63,020 nucleotides of DNA, filler included, from Octopus bimaculoides (GCF_001194135.2; 4 parts of 3 records of this genome joined end to end with filler, not necessarily neighbours in it), one strand, 5' to 3'. Counted from the whole stretch's first letter, positions 51,005 to 63,020 are shown. Notes: generated by a model from the letters alone, not told the origin. A program made the numbers and translations.

Positions 51005-51846
51005 ATTCGTTTGTGCGCTACGAAGATTTCTATCCAACTACATGGTTCTTGGTCCAATCTCATTGCGAGGCACCTTGGACAAGTGCCTTCAACTGGAGCC
51101 CCGGGCTGACCACTAAAGGTTTCTGAGTGGATTCAGTTGGCCGAACCTGAAAGAAGCCCGTCGAAATATATATATATATNNNNNNNNNNNNNNNNNNNNN
51201 NNNNNNNNNNNNNNNNNNNNNNNNNNNNNNNNNNNNNNNNNNNNNNNNNNNNNNNNNNNNNNNNNNNNNNNNNNNNNNNNNNNNNNNNNNNNNNNNNNNN
51301 NNNNNNNNNNNNNNNNNNNNNNNNNNNNNNNNNNNNNNNNNNNNNNNNNNNNNNNNNNNNNNNNNNNNNNNNNNNNNNNNNNNNNNNNNNNNNNNNNNNN
51401 NNNNNNNNNNNNNNNNNNNNNNNNNNNNNNNNNNNNNNNNNNNNNNNNNNNNNNNNNNNNNNNNNNNNNNNNNNNNNNNNNNNNNNNNNNNNNNNNNNNN
51501 NNNNNNNNNNNNNNNNNNNNNNNNNNNNNNNNNNNNNNNNNNNNNNNNNNNNNNNNNNNNNNNNNNNNNNNNNNNNNNNNNNNNNNNNNNNNNNNNNNNN
51601 NNNNNNNNNNNNNNNNNNNNNNNNNNNNNNNNNNNNNNNNNNNNNNNNNNNNNNNNNNNNNNNNNNNNNNNNNNNNNNNNNNNNNNNNNNNNNNNNNNNN
51701 NNNNNNNNNNNNNNNNNNNNNNNNNNNNNNNNNNNNNNNNNNNNNNNNNNNNNNNNNNNNNNNNNNNNNNNNNNNNNNNNNNNNNNNATATATACACACA
51801 CACATATATATATATGTATGTATATCTATATACCTGTGTGTGTGTT

Positions 51847-51891
<45 letters not shown>

Positions 51892-52030
51892 ATATCTATG
51901 TGGGTGTGTGATGAGAATACATCTCATCAGTTGGCAACCGGCGTTGGTTTCTTTACCTCTCTGTAACTTAACGGTTCGTCGAAAGAGCGTGGTAATATAA
52001 GAACCACACTTGGTACTTATTCTATTGGTA
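51005..52030 (+). mobile_element. SINE family A split by an N gap
   Basis: Head and 'aaagaagcccgtcg' before the gap; degenerate body after it. Confidence 0.75.
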
Positions 52031-52903
52031 CTTATTCTATTGCTGTCTCATTTTCTGAACTACTAAGTTTAGGGGACGTAAACAGACCAACACCGATTGT
52101 CAAGCTTTTTACCATGGAACTGCTATATATAATACTTAAATAAGGGTCAGTAATATTTTCATGCCATGGAAACGCAATAAATAATTCTGCAGATTTATAT
52201 GATGTGTTTTGTTCGTCCAAATAATCCTTCAAGATCAGGGCACATGGTTAGATGTATTCGAAAACCAGAATTTGGTCCATGAGAAAACACGAGAGGAAAC
52301 GAGGAGAATGATGGCACAAAATGTGTAAAAAGACAAAGGGTGAATAGAAACGGGAAAAGAACGAAGAAAACCGAGAATTGTGTTCCCTTTCTCACTGGAA
52401 ATCATAATCAATCTGGCTAATGTCGAATAGTTTAACAGCGAAGTAGCCAAAGTGTGCGACACAGCTGCTCTGGCCGGTGAAGTTGCTGTCTTCCAGCTCG
52501 ACAAAAGAAACTGGTCTATGTGCTTGCATTTGCTAAATCTTTCAGATCTTCGATTAAGTAATGTTGTCGAATACTTGGATCTAAAAAGCATGAGTGATAT
52601 TGCAGCTATACATAGCTTGCATCTCTTTGATCAATTTACATATGGCGTAGATTTCTCCGCGATACTCCACGTGAAAGTAGTGATGTGCAATTGGTGTTCA
52701 GATCCCATAGGTAGCTAGCTCTAGATGTGTCGAAGTTATTAGCACCCCTCTTCTTATAAAGACATGACAATCTCTCTCTCTCTCTCTTGCTCTCTCTATA
52801 TATATCTATCACTCTCTCCCTTTCCTTCTCTCTCTCTTTTTCTTTCTGTATGTTTGTGTTTGACCCTCAATAACAAAGGATTTCGTTCAATTGTTAAAAC
52901 TAG

Positions 52904-53029
52904 ATTAATCTTCAAAATCTTGCATCTCTGACGGAACTGACGGTGAAATGTAATTCCTTTGTGCACCAGTACAAATATTATCACGCTGATGTGGTGAAAG
53001 AAATTCCTTCATTGCAGTGGTTGGACGGG
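52904..53029 (+). CDS. LRR gene exon with LRR-cap (INLQNLASLTELTVKCNSFVHQYKYYHADVVKEIPSLQWLDG)
   Basis: 126 nt, phase 0 to 0, donor GGG|GTAAGT. Matches the LRRcap consensus Y...V...P.L..LD of the SDS22/U2A' type. Confidence 0.95.
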
Positions 53030-53480
53030 GTAAGTACGACAGAAATATTAATTTTTACGCTAAATGAAAAGTTAAACATCTGTGATAATATAAAGAAGTC
53101 ACGTGACTAAATGGTTCGAGAGTTTCACTCGCGTATTGTGGTTTTCATTCGTCGACCGATGTGCGCGGAGAGAGGCGTGCAATTTTCTTGAGCAAATCAT
53201 TTTATTTCACGTTGCTTCACTTCACTCAGCTACAAACGATTAACCTTGCGACAGAATATCGATGTCCAATCAACTCTTTTCTTCGATTTCGCTTTTATCA
53301 TAAATATAAATTGTAATACAAGTACAAAGATATATTTTTTCAACACGAAAGTACTGACAGAAGAGCATATATAGGATAAAATCCTTACAGGGCAGAAAAA
53401 TCTGCCAGCAACCAGCCTCTCATGCCTGCAATACATTTCAGCGCTTCAAAAACAAAATTGTTTGTTTACATATGATATGA

Positions 53481-53885
53481 ACTGTAATGTTATTATCAGT
53501 GCGAATATGTCTGATGCACGTTCGAACTGGGGAACAGCCTACTCACTGCTTTTCGTCAGGAAAAATATATCCCGTTTGTTGACAAATGGTGTGTATACAC
53601 CTAGATCAGCTCGCAGCGCCATCTACCTAGAAAATCATGAGCGAGCCAATTTCTTCAATCAGTTCATAGCTTCGTCTGGATGGTGTCTGTAACCGATGAG
53701 AAGATAACTACTCCGAAATGCAAGCATCTCACGGTCTAGGTAAGTGGCGCTGCGAGCTGATTTAGGCGTATAAATACCATTTGTCAACAAGCGAGATACA
53801 TTCTCCGTGACAAAACGCAGTGAGTAGGTTGTTCCCCAGTTCGAACTTGCCTCAGGCATATTCGGAGTGACAATAACATTACAAT
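53481..53885. mobile_element. Old MITE with about 150-bp TIRs
   Basis: The arms are reverse complements at roughly 80% identity; mirrored ORFs 53462-53692 (+) and 53659-53859 (-). Confidence 0.85.
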
Positions 53886-54012
53886 TTTATTTATTACTGC
53901 TTAGCACTCCCCCTCTCTAACATAAATATAAAATTTAACGTCAAAACAACAATTGGAAAATAATGGCTGTCTTCTAAACATGTTGTTCAGTAAATTATTT
54001 TCTTATTTTCAG

Positions 54013-54079
54013 ATTAATGTGAAACAAAATAAGAAAGCGTTAAATAATTCAAATATCCGACAGGCGTCTGCATATGCTG
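54013..54079 (+). CDS. LRR gene exon (INVKQNKKALNNSNIRQASAYA/G)
   Basis: TTATTTTCAG acceptor, G|GTTAGT donor; phase 0 to 1 fits both neighbours. Confidence 0.8.
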
Positions 54080-54499
54080 GTTAGTATTTCAATATCCTAA
54101 TTAGAAGATATAAAATTATGGATAACTATTTATCTATAATTATATACTCCTATCAATCAAACTAACCTCTTTTTATTCATTAGTCCACGAAAGAGGGCAG
54201 TGCATGTAGCATTTGCGTACCCACCTATAGTGGTAGCTTTAGCTTGTTTGATGTTTTAATTAAACATCTGTAATTAAACATCTGTAATTAAACATCTGTA
54301 AAGTGATACATGTGGAAGCGCTGTCAATTAGAATACTGCAGTTTTCGTATCCACTGAAACTAGTATTAAGTGAAATTTTTCGATGCTTTAATAATCTACT
54401 TCAGACTGATCGATGTGCATTTAGTTTCACGCCTTTTAGCTTCATTGGTTAATCATGGTGCCGACGAGGACCTGACTGCCATACCATCAAGATCGTGTC

Positions 54500-54860
54500 A
54501 TTCAAAATATATCTTTTATCTTTTTTACCCCTTTCAGTCACTGAACTGCAACCACCATAGGGCACCACATTGAAGAGTTATAGTCGAACAAGTCGATCCT
54601 GGTATTTAGGTTTTGTAACGTAAACAAACCAATACCGGCTGTCAAACGGTGGCAGAAAACACATACACAAAGACACACACAAATACACACCCAAACATGT
54701 ATCTATATATGTACGTCGGGCTTTCACACAGTTTCCGCCTGACAAATTTATTCACAAGTAATGAGCGGTCCGGGGTTAAAACGTAAATCATTTGCCTCAG
54801 GTGACACCCAATGGGACTAAACGTAAAATCATGTGGTTGCAAAGTGACCTTCCAACCCAT
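54500..54860 (-). mobile_element. SINE family A (old, reverse)
   Basis: Reverse complement of the family A head and body. Confidence 0.75.
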
Positions 54861-55246
54861 ACACCTGTACCTGCGTCTGCTACACAGCCATCGAACAGAA
54901 GTAAATCAATGATAGATAGACAGTAATTTATCTATAAAAAGAAAATATATTATCTAAACTTGAGTGAGCCGAAAACCAAGGACACTGATCCAAGCAATAT
55001 ATTCTTCTCCGAGACATTATCGGCAAAGAGGTATTACTGGCACGAAAAGGGAGATTGAATTTGTATTTGGTAATAGAATGTGTATCGTATTTTCAGAATA
55101 CCTAGAGCTTTCGCGTTTTAAAGTTTTAACTAATGTTTAATCTAAAAATTTGCATCGCGTTCTCAGCTATCCAGAACTTTCCTTATTCTACGTTCATTTA
55201 TATCACTTTACAATAAAATCTGCGACAAAATATTATAGCTCTATTT

Positions 55247-55286
<40 letters not shown>

Positions 55287-55304
55287 TTTTTTTTCTTTTC
55301 GTAG

Positions 55305-55383
55305 GAGCTGTTGGAAATGATTTAAATAAGGAGTTGGAATCACTCGATTTAAGTCCAGAAATTATAAACGATATTACTGAGAG
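55305..55383 (+). CDS. LRR gene exon (AVGNDLNKELESLDLSPEIINDITE/R)
   Basis: About 50-nt poly-T tract plus TAG acceptor, AG|GTAAGA donor; phase 1 to 2. Confidence 0.85.
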
Positions 55384-55537
55384 GTAAGATTTCATAGCTG
55401 CACTGTGGTTATAACAGGCAGAACAGAGTCTTTAAAAGGTGGATTGTTCGACAAAATATTTTACTGTATCTTATTAATATTCCATTCTATAAAAACGTGT
55501 CTGACCATGGGGAATGATTACATTGTGTAGAAAGGAA

Positions 55538-56454
55538 TATGGATTTCCTGGATAAACACCGTTTGACTAATGGTAGCATGAAAATGTGGACTTTAAATCT
55601 ATTATGATGGCGATGGTGAATTCTTATTTCTGAATGCTATAAAATCGACAGAACAAGTATCAGTTATATTCCGAGATTGTGAAAATGGATTACGCTAAAT
55701 GATTATTGAGGTGGAAGGATACTGACAAGGTTGTTGGCTGATGAAATATTCTTTTCATGAAAAGAATACTTCATGTCTAAGAATAACAAAGATATTGTCC
55801 ATTGTATAGAGACAAAATGAGAACTCATAAAGGAAGAAATAAAGGAACCTAATATTGGAGCGAATCAACAACAGAATATCGCATTATCCTTTGATTATGG
55901 GTTGTAGAGTACCCGAAATTATTTTGCATTCTTAATGGAAAATATTACATTACATACGCTCGATATTTATGGTCAAGCAGGCGTTTATACAATTAATATT
56001 GAAAGAGTTTTCGATAACTTTGTCACGTCTAATTTCGTACGTTATCTTATATATATATATTCTTGCTAGAGCAATGCTTTGAAAGGTGTTAGTCGAACAA
56101 ATTGACCACAGGTGTTATTTTTTAAGCCTAGCACTGATTTTATCGGTCTTTATTTCTTCCTTTATGAATTCTCATTTTGTCTCTATACAATGGACAATAT
56201 CTTTGTTATTCTTAGACATGAAGTATTCTTTTCATGAAAAGAATATTTCATCAGCCAACAACCTTGTCAGTATCCTTCCACCTCAATAATCATTTAGCGT
56301 AATCCATTTTCACAATCTCGGAATATAACTGATACTTGTTCTGTCGATTTTATAGCATTCAGAAATAAGAATTCACCATCGCCATCATAATAGATTTAAA
56401 GTCCACATTTTCATGCTACCATTAGTCAAACGGTGTTTATCCAAGAAATCCATA
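55538..56454. repeat. 307-bp near-perfect inverted repeat (55538-55844 / 56148-56454), 303-bp spacer
   Basis: I found only two mismatches between the arms. The right arm interrupts a minus-strand SINE A (56060-56515). Confidence 0.9.
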
Positions 56455-56605
56455 GACACACCAACGCCGGTTCTTAAGCGGTGATGGGGACAAACACAGA
56501 CACAAAGACACAACANNNNNNNNNNNNNNNNNNNNNNNNNNNNNNNNNNNNNNNNNNNNNNNNNNNNNNNNNNNNNNNNNNNNNNNNNNNNNNNNNNNNN
56601 NNNNN

Positions 56606-56641
<36 letters not shown>

Positions 56642-57011
56642 CTATGTGTATTTTTTCAGTGTTCACAAATAACACAGAAAATATAAATAAACAGTTACGA
56701 GGGTAACAAAAGTTCACACAAGTAACAAGGATGTAACAACCTATTTATAAAGTTAGAAATTCCAGGTTCAGGTGAAATGTTTTGGTATAATATAGATAAA
56801 TAAATAAATGGAGTTAAACGTAAGTGTTATACAAATTCTTTTACTTCCAACATATTTTTCAAAGACAACATTAGTATTATTCCAGAAGGAATAAAATGGT
56901 GTAATACGATGCAATCTTCTCATCAGAGAAAGAAAGAAGCCAAACACATCAATAAGAAATTTTAACAGAATGTGTTGACTACGTATATGAGGAAGGGAAC
57001 GCTATCAAGTC

Positions 57012-57056
57012 TTATATCTACTAACGGTTTTTTAAAAAAACCGTTAGTAGATATAA
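57012..57056. repeat. 45-bp palindrome
   Basis: TTATATCTACTAACGGTTTTTT-A-AAAAAACCGTTAGTAGATATAA. Confidence 0.95.
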
Positions 57057-57436
57057 TGTGAAAGGTAGGTTATAGAAAGTGAAGGAGAAGAAAGAAATTA
57101 GCACAAAACTAATAGTGGAGAATTATAGAGTGATAGGTGAATTAGAATAAAGCTTAAAGGAATGGAAGTAGATATATTTAGTGGAATGTAAGAAATCAGT
57201 CAAAGGTCGAATTTTATAGAATGGTAGAAATCACTTATAGGAACTAAAGGTATGTTTCTACCAATGTTTGCAACGATAAACGCGTTCTATAAACGTGTTT
57301 ATAAAGGGATTTTTTGAGAATAGGATAAAAGACAATTCACTATTACAAAGGGAGTAAAAAGATTTACCTTTGTCATAAGGTAAAGAAATAGAGAGAATAT
57401 TCCATTTCAAATTAGATTGAAAAAAACCCCGCTTTA

Positions 57437-57930
57437 GTGAATCGAATAGGAGCGATGTTTAATCAGGACAATGCACGACTCCACACTGCAAAATCGCATC
57501 ACAGAAGATCGAAGAGCTTGGTTGGGAAAAAATTCTTTATCCACCTTGTTCTCCCGACCTTGCTCCTTCAGACTACCATTTGTTTCGTAGTTTAGAGAAT
57601 CATTTGGGGAACATAACTTTCGCAAGTCAGGAGGATAGACTTGTGACTGGTGACGAAAAATGGATCTTCTATCGAAATGTTAAACGTCGTAAACAGTGGC
57701 TTGGTAAAAGGGAAAAAGTTCAACCACAACCGAGAAGGTCGAAACTGACATTTCAGAGCTCTTTGCTTTGAAACCAAAAGAGTTTTACATTGATAGGATT
57801 AAAAAGCTTGTAAATAGATAGAAGGAAGTCATAGATAATCAGGGAAAGTACATTGATGATCAAATTTCAATTAAATATGACGTTTGATTACTTGTTTTCT
57901 TTCTTCAAAATTCGGACAGAACGTATGGGG
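57437..57930 (+). mobile_element. Mariner transposase C-terminal relic with an out-of-order internal insert
   Basis: QDNARLHTA...PPCSPDLAPSDYHLFRSL...[RLVTGDEKW...QPQPRR]...PKEFYIDRIKKLVNR*KEVIDNQGKYIDD. Confidence 0.9.
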
Positions 57931-58100
57931 TTTTCTCACAGTATACCGCCATTCGTCTCGGTCCCCGTCATCGCCTCTAAAAGCCTCGACATTTTAAAGT
58001 CAGTCTTCACCAATTCGTCCCACGTTTCTTAGGTCTTCCTCTTCTACAGATTTCTTTCACGTTTAGCGATCGGCACTTCTTTATACAGCCGTCTTGAATA
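57930..58100 (-). mobile_element. RTE-clade LINE 3' fragment
   Basis: DGCIKKCRSLNVKEICRRGRPKK...W..V..D, an RTE ORF C-terminus with a frameshift. Confidence 0.75.
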
Positions 58101-58190
58101 TACAACCAAAAGAGTTGTGTGTAGTGAAAGATATCTCTGAAACTAATCAAAACATAAATTCTCATGGTTTTTATATACTTTTCCTTTCAG

Positions 58191-58227
58191 GTTTGTGAAA
58201 ATACGGTCTAGCATCTCCAAATTATAA
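58191..58227 (+). CDS. LRR gene terminal coding exon (FVKIRSSISKL*)
   Basis: TTTTCCTTTCAG acceptor; phase 2 matches the upstream exon; AATAAA downstream at 58339. Confidence 0.7.
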
Positions 58228-58338
58228 GAGAAACTTGACGTAATGAAGCGATAAGAGGAACTCCAAGAAGCAAACGAACAATCATATTTATAATTCATTA
58301 AATCATCTTATTTAAACCTTTTTGAAAGAATAGGTAGA

Positions 58339-58344
58339 AATAAA
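58339..58344 (+). terminator. Candidate polyadenylation signal of the LRR gene
   Basis: AATAAA 112 nt after the stop codon. Confidence 0.4.
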
Positions 58345-58626
58345 CACAGAGTCGCACACACCTATACACACATGTGTGTGTATGTGATCAAAATTCAATT
58401 AAAATCCCATCAATAGAATTATCATGTTTCCCCTTTCAATGTACAAAAACAAAACACATCTGGGTGTGCTTTTATACCTAACACAAACATAGAAACTATC
58501 ATCTCTTACTAAAAGCTTGTGTCAAGTGCATATATTTATGTACTAAAATTCATAAACTTTTTTATTTACTTATTTACTTGTCTATGCTATACATTATGTA
58601 AATTAATGCATATGTATGTGTGTGTT

Positions 58627-58676
<50 letters not shown>

Positions 58677-58879
58677 GAGCCTGCATGTGCGCCATATTAA
58701 ACGAACATTCCCATTAAAATGTAAATCAGACGCAAAACCAGCACTCCTTGCGGTCTTTAGAAAACTAAAGTAGATATAGCATGCTGCACTTTGATTTAAT
58801 ATCCAAAATTTATACAAACGACATTTACAGATACTGGTTTCAAAACAAATATATTCTATACTGTAATTATTGATTTCAA

Positions 58880-59045
58880 ATATTAGCACAAAGCCAGCAA
58901 TTTTAGAGTAGGGGTTAAGTCAATTACATCGACCCCAGTGTTCAACTGTTAATTATGGTATCGACTCCGAAAGAACTCCGAACGTAAAAGGGGATGAAAT
59001 GCCGCTTAGCCCGGCGTGCTACCGATTCTGCCAGCTCGCCGTTTT
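58880..59045 (-). mobile_element. SINE family B
   Basis: Ends '...gattctgccagctcgccg'. Confidence 0.75.
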
Positions 59046-59637
59046 ATTCTATTCCATAATTATTATTTCGTATCTATACCAATAATAATTTGTCCCCTCA
59101 AGTAGATAACTAAATATTTTATTTAAAATTTTTAAATGCAGAGATTTTCAGGTGAAGATAGTAATTTGTAACATGCCCTCTGAATACAAAACAATGAAAT
59201 ATGCAAGAGTTTCTAAAGTCAACCGTGTGCTCTGAAGGAAATGCAATAAATTGTAATGAAAAGGAGCCAGCCTGAAAATATAAACGGGATTTTACATAAA
59301 CTTAGAAAAGAAAATTGCTCGAAATTTGAACATATATTCCATCTAGCATTGTTTGCTAGAAAAACGAAATAAAATTTCCCTCTATAATTTGAAGCCAGTT
59401 TATTTCGTATATATTTTTCATGACACATACTTTTAAAAGAATATAATCTTGCAATCGGGGAAACTAAGAGATCTGCTAGTTTTGCGAGATCTTCAACTGA
59501 ATGTTTGTAATGATACGGTGAACGTCGTTTCTATTTTTAAATTACGGAGGATGCTGGAAAGGTTAGGTAGGAAGTGACGTAGATATATGTATGCATATAC
59601 ACGTATAACGACATACGCTATGTACACCTGTGTGCAT

Positions 59638-59706
<69 letters not shown>

Positions 59707-60474
59707 TTACATACATGCAAACGTACATACAAACATACAGAAAAGCAGACGCACATAAGTTTCAACAGATAAAAACCACGATGTCACTAGAAGCACTGAT
59801 TCATCTACACGCATGCGTTTTAGGCGGTGATCTGGCGTTAATAATGTTTTATATTTCAACATCGTTTAGACTTCATAGTGATAACACTTATCAAAAGTTG
59901 TCTCGATCGACACCACTTGACAATAGAATAGGTCGTCACTCTTCACATCGCCTTTGATAGATACACGTGAATAACTTCATTCACGTGATTATTTTAGAAT
60001 GTCTCAGGTGGGTATAAATAGCACAGACATCACGACGATCGATGTAATGTTGTTGGCGGCAAATATCCAGCATATGTTGCTTATCCAGAGATGGGAAACG
60101 GATTAATATTGTGCAGATTTCATTTGGTTCTTAGCTTCAGACATATCAATGAGATTTTATGATTATTTTGTGAGATTGCTGTCTTGGCTATTCACCAATG
60201 TTTTTTTTTAAATATTCTCCCTATTATGTTGCTATCTGAAACTATAATCTCATATCATGCTTCAATAAAGCTCAGTCACATTTCTATCAACAGACACTTG
60301 TTTAAAATCATTGGAGTTCACTTCTCTGTCTTGTTTGTTTCTGCTTTCATTGCTTACCTAATAAACATCGTTTATGATTTGATAAATACACACACACAAG
60401 CGCGCACACATATTTATATATTTATATATACACACATACATACATACACACACACATATATATATATATATATA

Positions 60475-60574
60475 NNNNNNNNNNNNNNNNNNNNNNNNNN
60501 NNNNNNNNNNNNNNNNNNTTAATTAATTAANNNNNNNNNNNNNNNNNNNNNNNNNNNNNNNNNNNNNNNNNNNN
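60475..60574. other. Artificial unsized-gap spacer
   Basis: N44-TTAATTAATTAA-N44. Confidence 0.95.
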
Positions 60575-60619
<45 letters not shown>

Positions 60620-60904
60620 CAGGAAGTGAGCAAGTGATGAGACAGATAATCTCGTTTACTTCCTGTTAAAAAGGGGAGTTGAGAAGACAGCGGGAGCATG
60701 GCGTAAATGGTATAAAATATGAGAGGGAGCTGCATATAGTTCAAACCACTCACCACCTACCTTTGAACAACTGAATACTGGACATGAAATTCTTTGGGTA
60801 TTATACCTGCTGTTACATAATCTCAATCTTTGAACATTAATTCCCTGTTTGAACAATTTCTGTTGTTGTGATAAGAAGTTTACCCCTTTTATACATAAGT
60901 ATTT

Positions 60905-61160
60905 GCCTGATCATAACACTAGCCTGAGCTTAAGCACTCTATCACACACCCTGACTACTTCTATGACCTTATCCACCAATTTCTCTGCAAGGAGTATGCT
61001 TACACCACCTACTCCATCACTGTTACCTTCCCAGATGATATTATACCTATGTGCCTTGCCTGTGAGGACCCTGGCTGAAGCTCCTCTCCACCTTACACAC
61101 ATCAACATGTCTTCGTTCAAGCATCTCTACAATCCCAGTAGACCTACCTTACATTACCAA
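60905..61160 (-). mobile_element. RTE-clade LINE APE endonuclease N-terminal fragment
   Basis: EMLERRHVDV...VRWRGASARVLTGKAHRYNIIWEGNSDGVGGVSILLAEKLVDKVIEVVRVCDRVLKLRLVL. Confidence 0.85.
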
Positions 61161-61784
61161 CTCTAAAAACTGGGAAAGGGATGTAGGAGGAAACATGGGA
61201 AGGAGAGATGTTATTCAGTGCCTGAAAAGAAGGTTTCTGTGTTCGTTTGATAGACATGCAACACCTGTTGTTCTTGCTTTTAACCTATCATCATTCAAAC
61301 ATTCAAATATGTCAAAATTGTTGCCCCAACTGGGGGTAAGAGTAAATGTTAGTGGCATTGTAAGTATAAGTGATATGAGCATTGCAAATATAAGCATTAC
61401 TGGTGCTGCAGATACAAATATAAATAAAAGAGAATATGAATATGTCAATGTTAGATTAAGTAAGTGGCTGCTATCTGGTTGGGAAAGATAGAGAGAGAGA
61501 GAGAGAGAGAAAGGAGGGGGGCGAGATTGCAGGTATGATACAGGAGACCACCAGTACAGGAGGGGATTTCTGGCGCTGGTGGTGGGGACAGGAATGGGCA
61601 AGCGCATAGCGATCAAGGAAAATATTTAGCCAATGTGAAAACATGAAGTAAAAAAATTAAGGCTTTAGAGAGATTTCGATTTGGAAGTTATATGAAGAAT
61701 TAAGGAGAAAAATTAAGGCTGAGAGAGATTGTGCACAGATATATATACATATATATATGTGTGTGTATATATATATATATATCT

Positions 61785-62126
61785 CTTTTATTTGTTTCAG
61801 TCATTTGACTGTAACCTGGGGTTGAACAAATTGACCCCCAGGACTCATTCTTTGTAAGCCTAGTACTTATTCTATTGGTCTCTTTTGCTGAACCGCTAAG
61901 TTATGGGGACATAAACACACCAGCATTGGTAGTCAAACGATGGGGGGGGGGCAAACACAGACACACATATATATGATGGGCTTCTTTCAGTTTCCACATA
62001 CCAAATCCACTCACAAGGCTTTGGTCGGCCAAGGCTATAGTAGAAGACACTTGCCCAAGGTGCCACACAGTGGGGCTGAACCCAGAACCATGTGGATGGT
62101 AAGCAAGCTACTTACCACACAGCCAA
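61785..62126 (-). mobile_element. Full-length SINE family A
   Basis: Near-consensus reverse copy. Confidence 0.9.
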
Positions 62127-63020
62127 TGGAAATGTTTTGAATATGCAAATAAAGCTCCTGTTTCATTATGCCAGCCACAGTCTAATGATGCTGATTGGTG
62201 AACCAGTTTTGGGGGTTATATCACCTGAAGAAATGAATCCATGAAGATGATCTACCCAATGCCCAATGAATACTACAGACTACACTATGATAATCTCAGG
62301 TATACAGACAGTGATTTTAAGAGACATGTGATTTGTGGAAATGTGCATAACAGTGCATTAAATATTTATAAATTCCATCCAAGGATTATCGTTATTATTA
62401 CTATATATATATATAAAAACATAAACAAATGGATGAATCTGTGTAAATATACCAAATGTGTGTATAAGTGGGAATAAATGTGCAGGTGTACATGTATGTG
62501 TATATATATGACTAAGTGTTAATCAGTGTACATTAGGTTACTGATACAGGCCAGCAACCAAATCTAAAGATGTGAACCAAATTCTTTACCATGCTGCCAT
62601 GAATGACATGCATGACCAACCATCAAAGCACAACCTTTAGAGTTCTTTTATTTCAAAATCCATTCTGACCTTCCCATTCATTCTTTGCATTGGATTTTTG
62701 CATTCTTTACCAACCACTCCTCGAATATATCCAAGTCATCCTGCCTCATTAATGTATTTGTGAACTACTACAAACACATGTATGCAATTGACATCACCCT
62801 GCCACACATATTAGCGAAATGTACATCTTATAACACTGAAGCCTAATATGTAACCTAAGGAGGTTTCTTCTGCACTGTGGGGTGCATTCGATTCCATTAT
62901 ATTGTTCCCCATCCACTAAGGAGCAGTGCAGAAGTAAGCCGAAATGATCGCCATGTTTAATAAAGCTTCTAGTACACTTTGTCTTCAGTATCAATTATTT
63001 AAATATACATAAATATATAT

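Noticed and set aside
52452-52718. 88-aa ORF inside the LRR gene intron
   Set aside because: Phase-incompatible with the flanking exons, which already join cleanly; no recognisable domain.
56640-57400. Possible Penelope RT/GIY-YIG relic on the minus strand
   Set aside because: Too degenerate; no motif could be read with confidence.
59142-59235. Alternative terminal exon (DFQVKIVICNMPSEY...L*) with AATAAA 9 nt after the stop
   Set aside because: Phase-compatible, but the acceptor is weaker and the peptide does not continue the helical pattern. Only transcript data could rescue it.

Overview
AT-rich eukaryotic scaffold with many N gaps and dense microsatellites. The tRNA-derived SINE families, Dong/R4, RTE, CR1/L2 and mariner relics look like an octopus (coleoid cephalopod) genome; this is inferred from repeat-family recognition, not a search. 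One protein-coding gene is well supported: a + strand SDS22-like leucine-rich-repeat (LRR) gene. Six of its exons splice in frame (42932-42987, 48862-48985, 52904-53029, 54013-54079, 55305-55383, 58191-58227). A candidate first exon lies at 34589-34681, and several LRR exons are probably missing in an unsized gap. The rest is mostly mobile DNA: about 30 SINE copies, six Dong/R4 relics at (TAA)n, a complete non-autonomous Helitron, several MITEs, two mariner relics, and RTE, CR1 and Tx1 fragments. The most interesting signals are (i) minimal hammerhead ribozyme motifs in Penelope-type repeats, including a family with a non-canonical CUGUUGA core; (ii) three microhomology-flanked templated insertions, one making a 307-bp near-perfect inverted repeat in an intron; (iii) an alternating SINE/Dong pile-up on TAA microsatellites; (iv) a coiled-coil heptad pattern that continues through the LRR gene's stop codon. 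No CRISPR, rRNA or intact tRNA genes were seen. Repeat boundaries are approximate unless termini or target-site duplications (TSDs) are quoted.
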